Of a stretch of 50,734 nucleotides of DNA, positions 39,005 through 48,559 are shown in pieces; positions within the stretch are counted from its first letter, which is position 1, and the number at the start of each line of letters is the position of its first letter. This DNA comes from Flavobacteriales bacterium (GTDB lineage: Bacteria > Bacteroidota > Bacteroidia > Flavobacteriales > Flavobacteriaceae), in contig JAYVFV010000079.1 of assembly GCA_043772885.1 (NCBI GenBank), positions 1-50,734 of the forward strand, in the 5' to 3' direction. The position numbers and the translations under genes are program-made. The notes beneath the pieces are model-generated. The model was not told the origin of the DNA, made no database searches, and was given only the letters and a program-made list of their open reading frames with translations.

Positions 39005-40055
39005 TTATTTTTTCCCAATTAAATTCTTTTACTATTGCCTCGTAGTTGTTTTGCAGCAATGGCAAGTTATCATTTTTTTTGATAGTTTGCAGTAAATTTT
39101 TTACTTCCGTTGGATTGGAGAAATAATAGCCGTTTTCTCTTAATATTGCTTTATTAAAATCGTTGTCATGAGCTACAATTAAAGCATTTGATGCCATTGC
39201 TTCGAGAAGGGAAGGATTGGTTCCTCCAACAGAATGACCGTGAAAATAAATAGCCGAATAATAACGCAGATTATTAAGATGTTCTATGTTATAGATTCCG
39301 CCAATGAAACGTATTTTTTGATGGTCTTTAAATTTTTTTTTTAAGAATTCACCATATTTTGTATTGTGATTACCAATAACTAAAATCGGTGTATCATCTT
39401 GGTCATTTAATGCCACGCCTTGCAATACCATATCTAAATTGTTTTCTGGTTCAAAACGCGCCATTATCATGTGGTAGTTTTGTTTTTCGACTTGGTATTG
39501 TTTTATAATTTCTTCATTTTGAGCATCGAATGTATGTGCTCCATAAGCAATATAAGTAGATTCTTTTTGGTATCTTTTTAATAAGAATTTTTTTATTCCT
39601 AATGAATCGGAAACTAAATAATCACTACTAATCGCCGCTAATCGCTCAGCAAATCGTAAAAATTGCTGCACTGGTTTGGAATATTTAGAACGTTTCCACT
39701 CTATTCCGTCCATATTTGTTATGATGATTGGTTTTTTGGGCAAAAGAAAATACCAAATCGAATTACTTGTATAACCTAATTGAAGGATGATATCAAAATC
39801 TCTTTTGCGTGAATCGATAATACAATTATAGTCGTAAATGAACTGCCCAAAAGTTCCGTATTTATGTTCTGGATCGTTTTTATGAATCAGATTTACACCG
39901 TGAAATGTTTTTTCTTGGTAGCTGTGATTGTGTGAATTGTAGCAATATACTTCATGCCCTTTTTCAACTAAATAAACCGAAAAAAATTCGGCAAATTGTT
40001 CAAAACCACCATAGTAATTTGGGATTCCACGAGTTCCTAGAATGGCTATTTTCAT
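38940..40055 (-). CDS. GT-B glycosyltransferase with DUF1972 domain
   Basis: GTRGIPNYYGGFE, DGIEWKRSK and HGHSVGGTNPSLLEAM motifs. Confidence 0.92.
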   Translation of the reverse strand: MKIAILGTRGIPNYYGGFEQFAEFFSVYLVEKGHEVYCYNSHNHSYQEKTFHGVNLIHKNDPEHKYGTFGQFIYDYNCIIDSRKRDFDIILQLGYTSNSIWYFLLPKKPIIITNMDGIEWKRSKYSKPVQQFLRFAERLAAISSDYLVSDSLGIKKFLLKRYQKESTYIAYGAHTFDAQNEEIIKQYQVEKQNYHMIMARFEPENNLDMVLQGVALNDQDDTPILVIGNHNTKYGEFLKKKFKDHQKIRFIGGIYNIEHLNNLRYYSAIYFHGHSVGGTNPSLLEAMASNALIVAHDNDFNKAILRENGYYFSNPTEVKNLLQTIKKNDNLPLLQNNYEAIVKEFNWEKINGEYLQLFEECSRKGKRGNTK

Positions 40056-40078
40056 TAGGTAATTTCTTTTTCAGTGAG

Positions 40079-40086
40079 CAAAAATA
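40079..40086 (-). promoter_or_regulatory. Internal -7 promoter element TATTTTTG
   Basis: CAAAAATA on the + strand, upstream of ATG 40055. Confidence 0.5.
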
Positions 40087-40153
40087 GGGAAATTTACACT
40101 TTTAGAAATTGTTTTAAGTTAAAACTTCATGTGCTTATTAAAATTACCAAAAA

Positions 40154-41323
40154 TTAATTCAATAATTCTTCAAATATAGTTTCAAAATGGTGCACATGAC
40201 TATTAATTGAGAATTTTTCAATGGCTCTCTTTTTCCCATTAATGCCGAAGGTTTTTCTTAAATCGGGATTTAAAATCAGTTTTTCTAATGAATCGGCTAA
40301 ACTTTGTTTGTTGTTTGGTTCGAATAAAAATCCGGTTTCATTATGTAGCACAATTTCTGTTGGTCCGCCATGGTTGGAAGCGACCACAGGTTTTTGCGAA
40401 AGCATTGCTTCAATTACAACCATTCCGAATGGCTCAGGTTCTGTAGAAGGAACAACGGCAATATCAATCGAATCCCAAAATTTTCCAATTTCTTCTTGAA
40501 AGGGAATAATTAGCGTTTTGTCTTCTAAACCATATTCCTTTATTTTATTTTTTAAATCAATTTCGAAAATCTCTTGATTTGGTGGTGCAGATCCGATGAA
40601 TACTAATTTAATAGTATTGTACTTTTTTGATAAAATATAGAAAGCATCTAATAATAATTGTTGTCCTTTCCAGCTATTAATTCGTCCAACTAAAGCAATC
40701 ACGATTTCATTGTTGTCCGATTTAAAGAAATTTGTTCGAACTGCATTAATTTCTTCTAGAGCGTAATTTACCTTTTGGTCAACATCGATTCCGTTCCAAA
40801 CAGCTTCCGATTTTATAGTTAATTCTTTATTTCCCTGAATCCAAAACTTCATAGTTTCATGAGAATCGTATACGATTTTATGATTGCTTTTTAGTGCCAA
40901 TATTTTTTTAAAAATGACGTTAAACAGTTTTGGTTTCGCAATTATTTCTTGAACATGCCATAAATGTTTAATTTTTCTTTTTCTTGCAAAAGCGATTCCT
41001 ATTAAAGCTGCTAAAGTATGCGAGTAAACCAATTGGAAGTTGTATTGTTGATGCAGTTCGTCAATTGTTTTCAATCCTTCTTTATATTCTTTGAATACTT
41101 TTATTACGTTTTTTGGCGTAAACATTTTTCTGTATAGTTTTAGTACAGGCGCAATGACTACTTTGATGTTGTTTTTTTCAAATTCTCTTTTTAAAGGACC
41201 GTCAAATGGGAGAATAACAATTGGGAAGTATTTTGTTTTATCGAGTTTTGATATAAACATTAAAATTGTTTTATCAGAACCGTATAACTCAGCTGATTGA
41301 TGTATGAATAGAATGCTCTTCAT
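40154..41323 (-). CDS. Glycosyltransferase family 4
   Basis: ELYGSD, GRINSWKGQ and EPFGMVVIEAM motifs. Confidence 0.93.
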   Translation of the reverse strand: MKSILFIHQSAELYGSDKTILMFISKLDKTKYFPIVILPFDGPLKREFEKNNIKVVIAPVLKLYRKMFTPKNVIKVFKEYKEGLKTIDELHQQYNFQLVYSHTLAALIGIAFARKRKIKHLWHVQEIIAKPKLFNVIFKKILALKSNHKIVYDSHETMKFWIQGNKELTIKSEAVWNGIDVDQKVNYALEEINAVRTNFFKSDNNEIVIALVGRINSWKGQQLLLDAFYILSKKYNTIKLVFIGSAPPNQEIFEIDLKNKIKEYGLEDKTLIIPFQEEIGKFWDSIDIAVVPSTEPEPFGMVVIEAMLSQKPVVASNHGGPTEIVLHNETGFLFEPNNKQSLADSLEKLILNPDLRKTFGINGKKRAIEKFSINSHVHHFETIFEELLN

Positions 41324-41327
41324 CTAT

Positions 41328-42557
41328 TTAATTGGAATTTTTGATTTTGTCTAAATAAGCTATTAAAAATCCGATTAATATTGTTTTGGTGTCAATCAAA
41401 TTATAGAAACCTAAAAAGACCCAATTGGACAATAGTAAGAAAAACCCTGTTCCAATAAACAATAAATTAATGTTTTTTACTAATGGGTCATCGGTTTTAA
41501 ATCGTTTAAAAAAATAGAAAATAGAAAATAAATAAATAAAAATGCCTAGTAATCCCGATTTTAAAAAAACAATCATAAAACCATTGTGTAAGATCGATAT
41601 GAATCGCAATTCCATGTCTCCTAAATAAACTTTTTGCTTTAAGTCAATTTGGGATCCTAATCCTTTTCCAAAAACAACACTCAAAACACCATCTCTAGAA
41701 ACCTGCCTAATGGTCATAATGTTTTCATAGGAGCGATAATTATCATTAAAATCTCTCCAATCGTCTCTTTGTATTTTTGTCTTAAAAGCTTCCATAGGAG
41801 CTACTTTTATTTTATATAAAAAAGCTTCAATTCCGTCGCCATTTCTTTTTGGATTTACGTATAAGATGTAGGAATATCCAATGATCGTTGTGACAACTAT
41901 GGTGAGTATTATGGCTAAAGATCGTTTATTTAGTTCTAAATATCCTTTCATTCCTAGTACTAAAATTAGTAGCTGTAAGAAATTAGTTCTTGCTAAATAC
42001 ATAAAAACAGATAAGCCAATTACGATAAGATACAATGTCCGTTTTCTTTTAGAAAAATTCAATTGAAATCCTTTATGAAAAATTAAAATGACTAAAGCAT
42101 ATACTTCATAATCACTAAAATAGCCTCCAAATTCTCTTATTTTATTTACTGAAATGGCTTTGAAAAAGACAATGGCTCCAAGCAGTACAAGTAAATGATA
42201 AATAGCAATTAAAAAACCAGTTGTTAATAGTAAATTAAAAGCGTTTTGAAAATTTCTTTTACATAGTTGATAACCAAGTAATAGTCCTACAATGGGTTTA
42301 ATTAAATAAGTTATATCCCTAACAATGAAGTATATCGGGTAATCATGAAAGAAAATTAAAAAAAATGCGATGCAAAGAATTAGAAAAAAAGGAAGTATCA
42401 AATTCAGTATTGATCTTGAATAACCTTTTGTAATACTCAATGAAAAACAAATTACCCATACGCTTATTGTTAATTCAAAAATATTTAAATACGGAATAAA
42501 TACAGCTAGAAAAAACAAAAATTGATAGAAAAAATTGCTCGGAATTGTTAATTTCAT
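41328..42557 (-). CDS. wzy: Probable polysaccharide polymerase (Wzy-like)
   Basis: About 11 TMs; ART, GKGLG and LHNG motifs; position between wzx and glycosyltransferases. Confidence 0.65.
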   Translation of the reverse strand: MKLTIPSNFFYQFLFFLAVFIPYLNIFELTISVWVICFSLSITKGYSRSILNLILPFFLILCIAFFLIFFHDYPIYFIVRDITYLIKPIVGLLLGYQLCKRNFQNAFNLLLTTGFLIAIYHLLVLLGAIVFFKAISVNKIREFGGYFSDYEVYALVILIFHKGFQLNFSKRKRTLYLIVIGLSVFMYLARTNFLQLLILVLGMKGYLELNKRSLAIILTIVVTTIIGYSYILYVNPKRNGDGIEAFLYKIKVAPMEAFKTKIQRDDWRDFNDNYRSYENIMTIRQVSRDGVLSVVFGKGLGSQIDLKQKVYLGDMELRFISILHNGFMIVFLKSGLLGIFIYLFSIFYFFKRFKTDDPLVKNINLLFIGTGFFLLLSNWVFLGFYNLIDTKTILIGFLIAYLDKIKNSN

Positions 42558-43235
42558 TTATTCTATCTTTTTAATAATTTTAGCAGGAACGCCACCAATA
42601 ACGGAATTGTTTGGGTACACTCCATTTACAACTGCGCCTGCTGCTACAACTGAATTATCGCCAACGCTACATCCATCCAAAAAAGTAACTTTTGCTCCCA
42701 CCCAAATATTATTTCCAAGCTTAATACCGATAGAAGTTGTTCCTTGTTCTCTAATTAATTTTGAAGTATCCGAAAAATTATGGTTTTCTGAATGGAAAGA
42801 AATGTAGGCACCCATAATTACATCATTTCCGATTTCTATTCCTCCTGGAGCTCCAAAGTGTGTAAAATCGCCAATGGCTGAGTTGTTGCCGATTTTCATT
42901 CCTTTGCCAAATTTAGAAAAATGACTTGTTGAAAGTAAATTGGAATAAGCGCCAATTTTCACATTATCACCAAAAACTATTTTTTCTGAAGCATAACCGT
43001 CTAAAATGGTGTGGTGTTCAATGGTAACATTAGAACCAAACTGAAAATTTTTTTTATTTAATATGGTACAATTACTGCCAATGAAAACTTTTTTATATAC
43101 TTTAAAATAGCCTCGAAGCATCATTGTAGTTCTTTTAACTAGAGTTGAATAAATTAATCTACTAGGAATTCTATCATCAATAGAATACGTCTTACCTGCT
43201 TTTTGCAAAAAATATTGAAAAATTCTTTTTAACAT
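42558..43235 (-). CDS. Hexapeptide-repeat O-acyltransferase
   Basis: Left-handed beta-helix repeats; HSENH, IWVG and GGVPAK motifs. Confidence 0.9.
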   Translation of the reverse strand: MLKRIFQYFLQKAGKTYSIDDRIPSRLIYSTLVKRTTMMLRGYFKVYKKVFIGSNCTILNKKNFQFGSNVTIEHHTILDGYASEKIVFGDNVKIGAYSNLLSTSHFSKFGKGMKIGNNSAIGDFTHFGAPGGIEIGNDVIMGAYISFHSENHNFSDTSKLIREQGTTSIGIKLGNNIWVGAKVTFLDGCSVGDNSVVAAGAVVNGVYPNNSVIGGVPAKIIKKIE

Positions 43236-43240
43236 TAAAA

Positions 43241-44506
43241 TTATAATTTGCTTTTAACAAATAATTTTTTTCTGATACAAAGTAAGTAAAATAAAATGAT
43301 TATTACTTCTGAAATAATTAAAGAATAAAATACGCCATAAATCTTAAATATTGGCATTAAGAATATAATTGCAAGACAATTTAAAATTACTATGATAGAC
43401 GTTATTTTTACATAAAATTTTCTATAATTCCATGCTAAAACCAATTGTTTTAAAGGTGTTGAAACAGCAAATACAATTGGATAAACAACCGCAATTTGAA
43501 GTAAATTACTTAAAACGTATCTATTGGTTGGATTAAAATAAGAAACAATATCGTAAGAGAAATAATAAATAACAATCATGGATATAAAAATTAAGATAAA
43601 ATTCAATCCATTAAAAATTTGCCAATTATAGATTCCTTTGTCTTTATCTTTGTCGAGTAAATAACAAACTCTTGGAAAGACAAAATTAAAAAATAACAAA
43701 AGGTACGTTTTGAAAATTAATATAACTTGTTCAACGATTTTGTATTGCCCAGCCATAAAATTGTTTCCGAAATAACTAATTAAAATAACGGGGAAAAACA
43801 TTTGGATGGAGAAAAACATTTGAGAAGTAAATATGTTAAAATCCCTCTTCAAAAAGCTGGCGATTTCTTTTCTTTTAGTTGATCGGAAAGTAAATTTATA
43901 TTTTTTAATAATTAAATATAAAAAGAATCCGTTAGAAATTATCATTCCTAATCCCCAAAAGAGATTGATGTAAACATAATCTTGCTCGACTTTTATCAAT
44001 AAAAAAACACAGGATAAATAAATTGTTTTTGAAACAACATTAGAAATCGTAATCCATTTTACATTTTCAACACCTTGTAAAAACCAAGTTGGATTTAAAA
44101 ATTGTCCAACCAAAACGGTTAATTGAAGTAGAAATAATTTTTTATCTAATGCAAAGAATGGGATGAAGCAAATTAAGAATGTCATTACTAACAGCACCAT
44201 TAGTAATAAAAATCCTTTCGCTAACATTGTGGTTGAAAAAATAGATTCCAATTGTGGTTTATTGTCGCGATGTATTGAAACTTCTCTTATTCCGACTAAA
44301 TCAGAACCATAATCAATAAAAACCATTAAAAAAAAACAAAGCGCCATTCCTACGGCACTTTTTCCAAAATTTTCTTCGCCACAAATAGAAACAATATACG
44401 GAATTACAAGCAGTGGAGTTACTAAATTAAACAATTGTCCAAATCCGTATATGGATAGATTAAGAAATTGGTTGCTTTTTAATTTGCCAAGTAGTTTTAT
44501 TAGCAT
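43241..44506 (-). CDS. wzx: Wzx-type oligosaccharide flippase
   Basis: About 12 TMs; PLLVIPY, FIDYG and PTWFLQGVE motifs. Confidence 0.88.
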   Translation of the reverse strand: MLIKLLGKLKSNQFLNLSIYGFGQLFNLVTPLLVIPYIVSICGEENFGKSAVGMALCFFLMVFIDYGSDLVGIREVSIHRDNKPQLESIFSTTMLAKGFLLLMVLLVMTFLICFIPFFALDKKLFLLQLTVLVGQFLNPTWFLQGVENVKWITISNVVSKTIYLSCVFLLIKVEQDYVYINLFWGLGMIISNGFFLYLIIKKYKFTFRSTKRKEIASFLKRDFNIFTSQMFFSIQMFFPVILISYFGNNFMAGQYKIVEQVILIFKTYLLLFFNFVFPRVCYLLDKDKDKGIYNWQIFNGLNFILIFISMIVIYYFSYDIVSYFNPTNRYVLSNLLQIAVVYPIVFAVSTPLKQLVLAWNYRKFYVKITSIIVILNCLAIIFLMPIFKIYGVFYSLIISEVIIILFYLLCIRKKLFVKSKL

Positions 44507-44519
44507 AAAGAACTTTTGA

Positions 44520-45050
44520 TTAATTATTCTGCTTGTTTTTAAACTTCTCTAATTGCAATCTTAAATAGTCCCCATTAGGATATAATGATGGGCCATTATT
44601 GTTTTTCTTGTTTTTTCTGATTAAAAGTCCGATGTCTTTATCCAATAGTGTATTGTTTACATCTACTCTCAAAATTTCATAAATTTTCTTTCCTTTTAAA
44701 ACCAATTTTTTTTTCTGATATTTCAGTTCCACCTTGTTTAGTACTATATCATCCTGTAAAAGCGTATTTCCTATATCCAATCGAAATTGATTTGGAAGGA
44801 CATTTTTGGGAAAATTGATTGTGATTTCTTGATTTTTTTTACTCCCCTTTACTTTAGTCCAAAAGGAATTCTCTCCGTTAAAATCAATAGTTCCATCAGT
44901 TGTGTAATACGTGTGAATGGAATCGTCTTTTGTTATGATAACATCTAAATTTATTTTGAAATTAGCCGTTTCAGAAGGTTTTCTGCAAGAAATTATAATT
45001 ATAAAAAAAAGTGAAATAGTAGCTATTTTATGCTTTTTACATAATTTCAT
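44520..45050 (-). CDS. Hypothetical lipoprotein (paralog B)
   Basis: Lipobox IISC; aligns with the neighbouring 45172-45720 protein. Confidence 0.8.
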   Translation of the reverse strand: MKLCKKHKIATISLFFIIIISCRKPSETANFKINLDVIITKDDSIHTYYTTDGTIDFNGENSFWTKVKGSKKNQEITINFPKNVLPNQFRLDIGNTLLQDDIVLNKVELKYQKKKLVLKGKKIYEILRVDVNNTLLDKDIGLLIRKNKKNNNGPSLYPNGDYLRLQLEKFKNKQNN

Positions 45051-45107
45051 TCTGTTTATTTTAATAGATTAAACTTTAACGTGATTTGACAAGATTTAGT
45101 ATTAAAT

Positions 45108-45157
45108 AAAACAAAAAAGCCATAAGTTATTTGTTTAACTTATGGCTTTTTTGTTTT
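45108..45157. terminator. Long inverted repeat / intrinsic terminator
   Basis: Perfect 22-bp arms AAAACAAAAAAGCCATAAGTTA and TAACTTATGGCTTTTTTGTTTT with a 6-nt loop. Confidence 0.85.
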
Positions 45158-45171
45158 GCTTGTTAAGGAAT

Positions 45172-45720
45172 TTATTTGGCCAAATTCGCAATTTGTTTTC
45201 CAAGTTCAGCTTCAATAGGATATAATGAAGGTGTTTTTCTTTTTCCGTCTTCCATATTAGCAACAACTGTACCTGTCGGAATATCAACTTTACACTGATT
45301 TTCATCAGCCCTAAAGTATTTGAATACATCTATTCCTTCCGCCTTGAAAGTTTTTCCTTTATAAAGTAATTTAACGCTTTTTATCACTATATCTGGTTGA
45401 TCTTGCTTCATTCCTAAATCAAATCTCAATTGGGTAGGTACAACTTGACCTGGAACTACAAATGCTATCTCTTGTGGGGCATCGCTTGCAGGAACTCCTT
45501 GCCAAACTACTGGTATTGTATAAAAGTTAATACTTCCATCAACGGTATATAAAAGTGCGAAATCATCCTTTTTTTTTGCTACTACTTCAAGTACAACTTT
45601 AAAATCATTATCAACTACTTCTGATTTAACAACATCAAGGTCATCAACCGCCTTCTCTTTTTTACATCCTACCAATAACGTTGTAAATAAAACCAATAGG
45701 GCTATAACTTTTGTTTTCAT
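45172..45720 (-). CDS. Hypothetical lipoprotein (paralog A)
   Basis: MKTKVIALL...LVGC lipobox; start at ATG 45720, with TATTTTTG promoter element at 45738-45745. Confidence 0.82.
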   Translation of the reverse strand: MKTKVIALLVLFTTLLVGCKKEKAVDDLDVVKSEVVDNDFKVVLEVVAKKKDDFALLYTVDGSINFYTIPVVWQGVPASDAPQEIAFVVPGQVVPTQLRFDLGMKQDQPDIVIKSVKLLYKGKTFKAEGIDVFKYFRADENQCKVDIPTGTVVANMEDGKRKTPSLYPIEAELGKQIANLAK

Positions 45721-45885
45721 GTTTTTTAAATTTTTGACAAAAATAATTGTTTTTTTTAAATATACAACAATTTTTGGGTTGCCTTTTTTATTCTGAATTA
45801 TCGTTTGAATATCTTCACGTTTGTTTTTCCGTGTTCTTGTTTTCAATTTCAAAAATATATACACTTTTGTATAAGTATTAATTCT

Positions 45886-47796
45886 TTATTGTATTATTTT
45901 ATATTCTGTAATCTTAATTTTTTCGGAAAAATATTTGTTGTTTAAAGGTCTGAAATTATAATATTTGGCCTTTTCTAACAGATCCGTTTTATTTATTAAA
46001 TAATTACCAAAACCAGATGTATCCGGAATATAACTGTCACAAAATAATCCTGATTGTAATAAGTTTTTGGATGTCCTGAATTTATAAGGTTCGGGATTGT
46101 TTCCATATACTTCTAATAGTATTTCGGGTGCATGGTCAATAATTGAGTTCCATTTTCCTTTAAAATTATTATATAGTTCGACCTCATAATAGATGTCTTT
46201 TTTTACAACCAAAGGCGAATTAATAAGCATTGCATACTCTTTGCTTTTTTCTAGTTTTATTGGACGAAAATTTATATTCTTTTGTAAAAGCAAGACTTTT
46301 CGCTTTTCAAAATCAAATACTTCTACGACATGATAATTTTTAGTAAGAATGAGATTAAGTTTTGGTTCATCAAATAGCGCATATCTGGAATCTATGGAAG
46401 CAAAGTCGTATATCACAAATTCTGGAGCTTTTTCTGATGAATTGTAATGTTCAAAATTTAATTCTTCTAAATCTTTAGTATATGTAGAGTGGGATTGGAA
46501 TGCTGGTCTTGTTGAGCAATTTAATTTATTTTCCCATAACATCTGTAAATTCCAAGGATATGCATCAATGGTGTGGTTTCCAATCTTGTTTTTAACATAA
46601 TCGGGTAACTGATTATTATTTGGAAATAGATGCATTCCCGATTCTTTTGTAAAATTACCATACTGTATAAAATAGAGTTTATTCAATTTTTGAGCAATAT
46701 TAGGTTGAGCATTTTCTATATACATTACAAAATAAAGCGATATTGCAGCACAGCCAAGAATTAGCATATCTGAATATTTTTTATAATTGTGACTATGTAA
46801 ATCATAAATTGATATAATTATTAAAATTGAAAATATAAAAAAATCAACCTCCATTCCTCGTACAAAACCCTGTTTGTATAAAACAAACATTCCTGTGCCA
46901 AATAAAAATAAGATGGTTAAATTTTTTAATAATAATGATTTTATTTCAATAACGGTTTTGTAAACTAATACGATTGAGGATAAAGCAATTATAATAAGGG
47001 CTAATTTTCTGTTTTCATAATCATGATCCATGTACATTATATCGTTATATCCAGAAACCATTTCAATTCCATAGTAGATATATGGACTTAAATTAACTTT
47101 AAGTGGGATTGCAAGAATGCTTATTAAAGCAACAGGTGCTACTAATGCAGTAATTAATTTTAGCATCGTTTTTTTATTTTTCCATCCCACTATTAAATTA
47201 TAAGTTATTCCTGAAATAAAAAGTGGAAATGCAATCAATCCTGTATTGAATTTAATGAAAAATATAAGCGACAAAATCAAGGTTTGAAAAATGTAATAAT
47301 ACCATTTTGGTTCGTCCAGACTTTTTCTTATCCAAAAAATTAATAATCCCATCAATACCACAGCATTGTCAGACCCTACCCAAACAGGAAAAGCTATAAT
47401 AAACGCAGTAAAAAGCAAAATTGTAACAATTTTATTTTTACTTGCCTTCAACGTTAGAAATAGCAACAAGAAAAAATTTAGTGATATAAAGAAATCATAA
47501 AGCAAAAAGCTCATTGCGCTCTGTCCCCAACCGACTTTTGTTGATAAATAAGCAAGCGGACCATAAGTATAAGCTATGTCTTTCCCCCAAACAAAATTAT
47601 TATTAACTGCATAATTCATCTGTAATAACCAAGATGGATCAAGTGATTTCCATAATTCATCCGATGATGGCAACGGATAAATCGTCGCTTCAAAATAAAT
47701 AGGAAATAAGATGTAGGCTCCCAAAAAAGCAATCAAAAAAACTGCAATATTCATTGGTTTCAAATAATTTTTCAATCTGTTAACTACATTATTCAT
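45886..47796 (-). CDS. Large polytopic membrane protein, probable GT-C-fold glycosyltransferase
   Basis: First TM followed by LDPSW...G.DI..TYGPL loop; about 12 TMs; IKFN and GFVR motifs; soluble C-terminal domain. Confidence 0.65.
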   Translation of the reverse strand: MNNVVNRLKNYLKPMNIAVFLIAFLGAYILFPIYFEATIYPLPSSDELWKSLDPSWLLQMNYAVNNNFVWGKDIAYTYGPLAYLSTKVGWGQSAMSFLLYDFFISLNFFLLLFLTLKASKNKIVTILLFTAFIIAFPVWVGSDNAVVLMGLLIFWIRKSLDEPKWYYYIFQTLILSLIFFIKFNTGLIAFPLFISGITYNLIVGWKNKKTMLKLITALVAPVALISILAIPLKVNLSPYIYYGIEMVSGYNDIMYMDHDYENRKLALIIIALSSIVLVYKTVIEIKSLLLKNLTILFLFGTGMFVLYKQGFVRGMEVDFFIFSILIIISIYDLHSHNYKKYSDMLILGCAAISLYFVMYIENAQPNIAQKLNKLYFIQYGNFTKESGMHLFPNNNQLPDYVKNKIGNHTIDAYPWNLQMLWENKLNCSTRPAFQSHSTYTKDLEELNFEHYNSSEKAPEFVIYDFASIDSRYALFDEPKLNLILTKNYHVVEVFDFEKRKVLLLQKNINFRPIKLEKSKEYAMLINSPLVVKKDIYYEVELYNNFKGKWNSIIDHAPEILLEVYGNNPEPYKFRTSKNLLQSGLFCDSYIPDTSGFGNYLINKTDLLEKAKYYNFRPLNNKYFSEKIKITEYKIIQ

Positions 47797-47842
47797 TTGT
47801 TATTTTTATTATTGATTAAATCTTTTCTGTTTTTATTGTCTT

Positions 47843-48559
47843 TTATGAATAGCTTTTCCATAGTAAGAATAACTCTTTCATTATTTTAAACCCTGTTTTC
47901 CAGCCCAGTTTTGAGCCATCAACGTCTTTCCAATTGTAAATAGGGATTTCTTTTCCTGTTTTTAATAAATCAAGTTTTTTTAATCGGATAAAAATCTCAA
48001 CATCAAAAAGCCATGAAGTTTTGAATGGTTCATTAAAAGCCTTTTTTAAGATTGAGGTTGAAAAAAATTTTGCGCCACATTGCGTATCGTATATTCCAAG
48101 CTCAAATTTAAAGTTAATTATTGTAATAATTATTCTGCCTATAATATGACGATAATACTTTCTTTTTATTCCAGAATTTAATAATTTTATTCTTGAACCA
48201 ATTAAAAATTCGGTTTCCCCTTTTTCAATTTCTGTAATTAATCTCTTGGTTTCTGACTCAGGAGTAGAAAAATCGGCATCAAAATAACCAATATAATCAT
48301 ACTGTTTTTTTTCTAATAATAAATTAACCGATTTATAAATCGTGGCTGCTTTTCCCTCGTTTTGCTTAAAGTCAATAACAAAACATCTTTCTGGATTTTT
48401 ACCGGCAAATTCCGTGATTACTTCTATTGTCCTATCTTTACTTCCATCATTTGATAAATAAATATCAACGCTGGTGTTTCCTATTAAATAAAGTAACGAA
48501 GAAACCTGAAGTCTTTTTTCCTCATTGTAACAAGGTATTATGAAGGCTATTTTTTGCAT
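47843..48559 (-). CDS. GT2 polyprenyl-phosphate glycosyltransferase (Alg5/DPM1-like)
   Basis: IPCYNE, NDGS.D, N.GK, DADFS, DTQCGAK, WLFDVEI and W.DVDGSK motifs. ATG 48559 preferred. Confidence 0.88.
   Translation of the reverse strand: MQKIAFIIPCYNEEKRLQVSSLLYLIGNTSVDIYLSNDGSKDRTIEVITEFAGKNPERCFVIDFKQNEGKAATIYKSVNLLLEKKQYDYIGYFDADFSTPESETKRLITEIEKGETEFLIGSRIKLLNSGIKRKYYRHIIGRIIITIINFKFELGIYDTQCGAKFFSTSILKKAFNEPFKTSWLFDVEIFIRLKKLDLLKTGKEIPIYNWKDVDGSKLGWKTGFKIMKELFLLWKSYS

Noticed and set aside
45108-45157. 22-bp perfect inverted repeat as a MITE or invertible-element end
   Set aside because: Single copy, A/T-tailed, directly after a stop codon; a terminator explains it.
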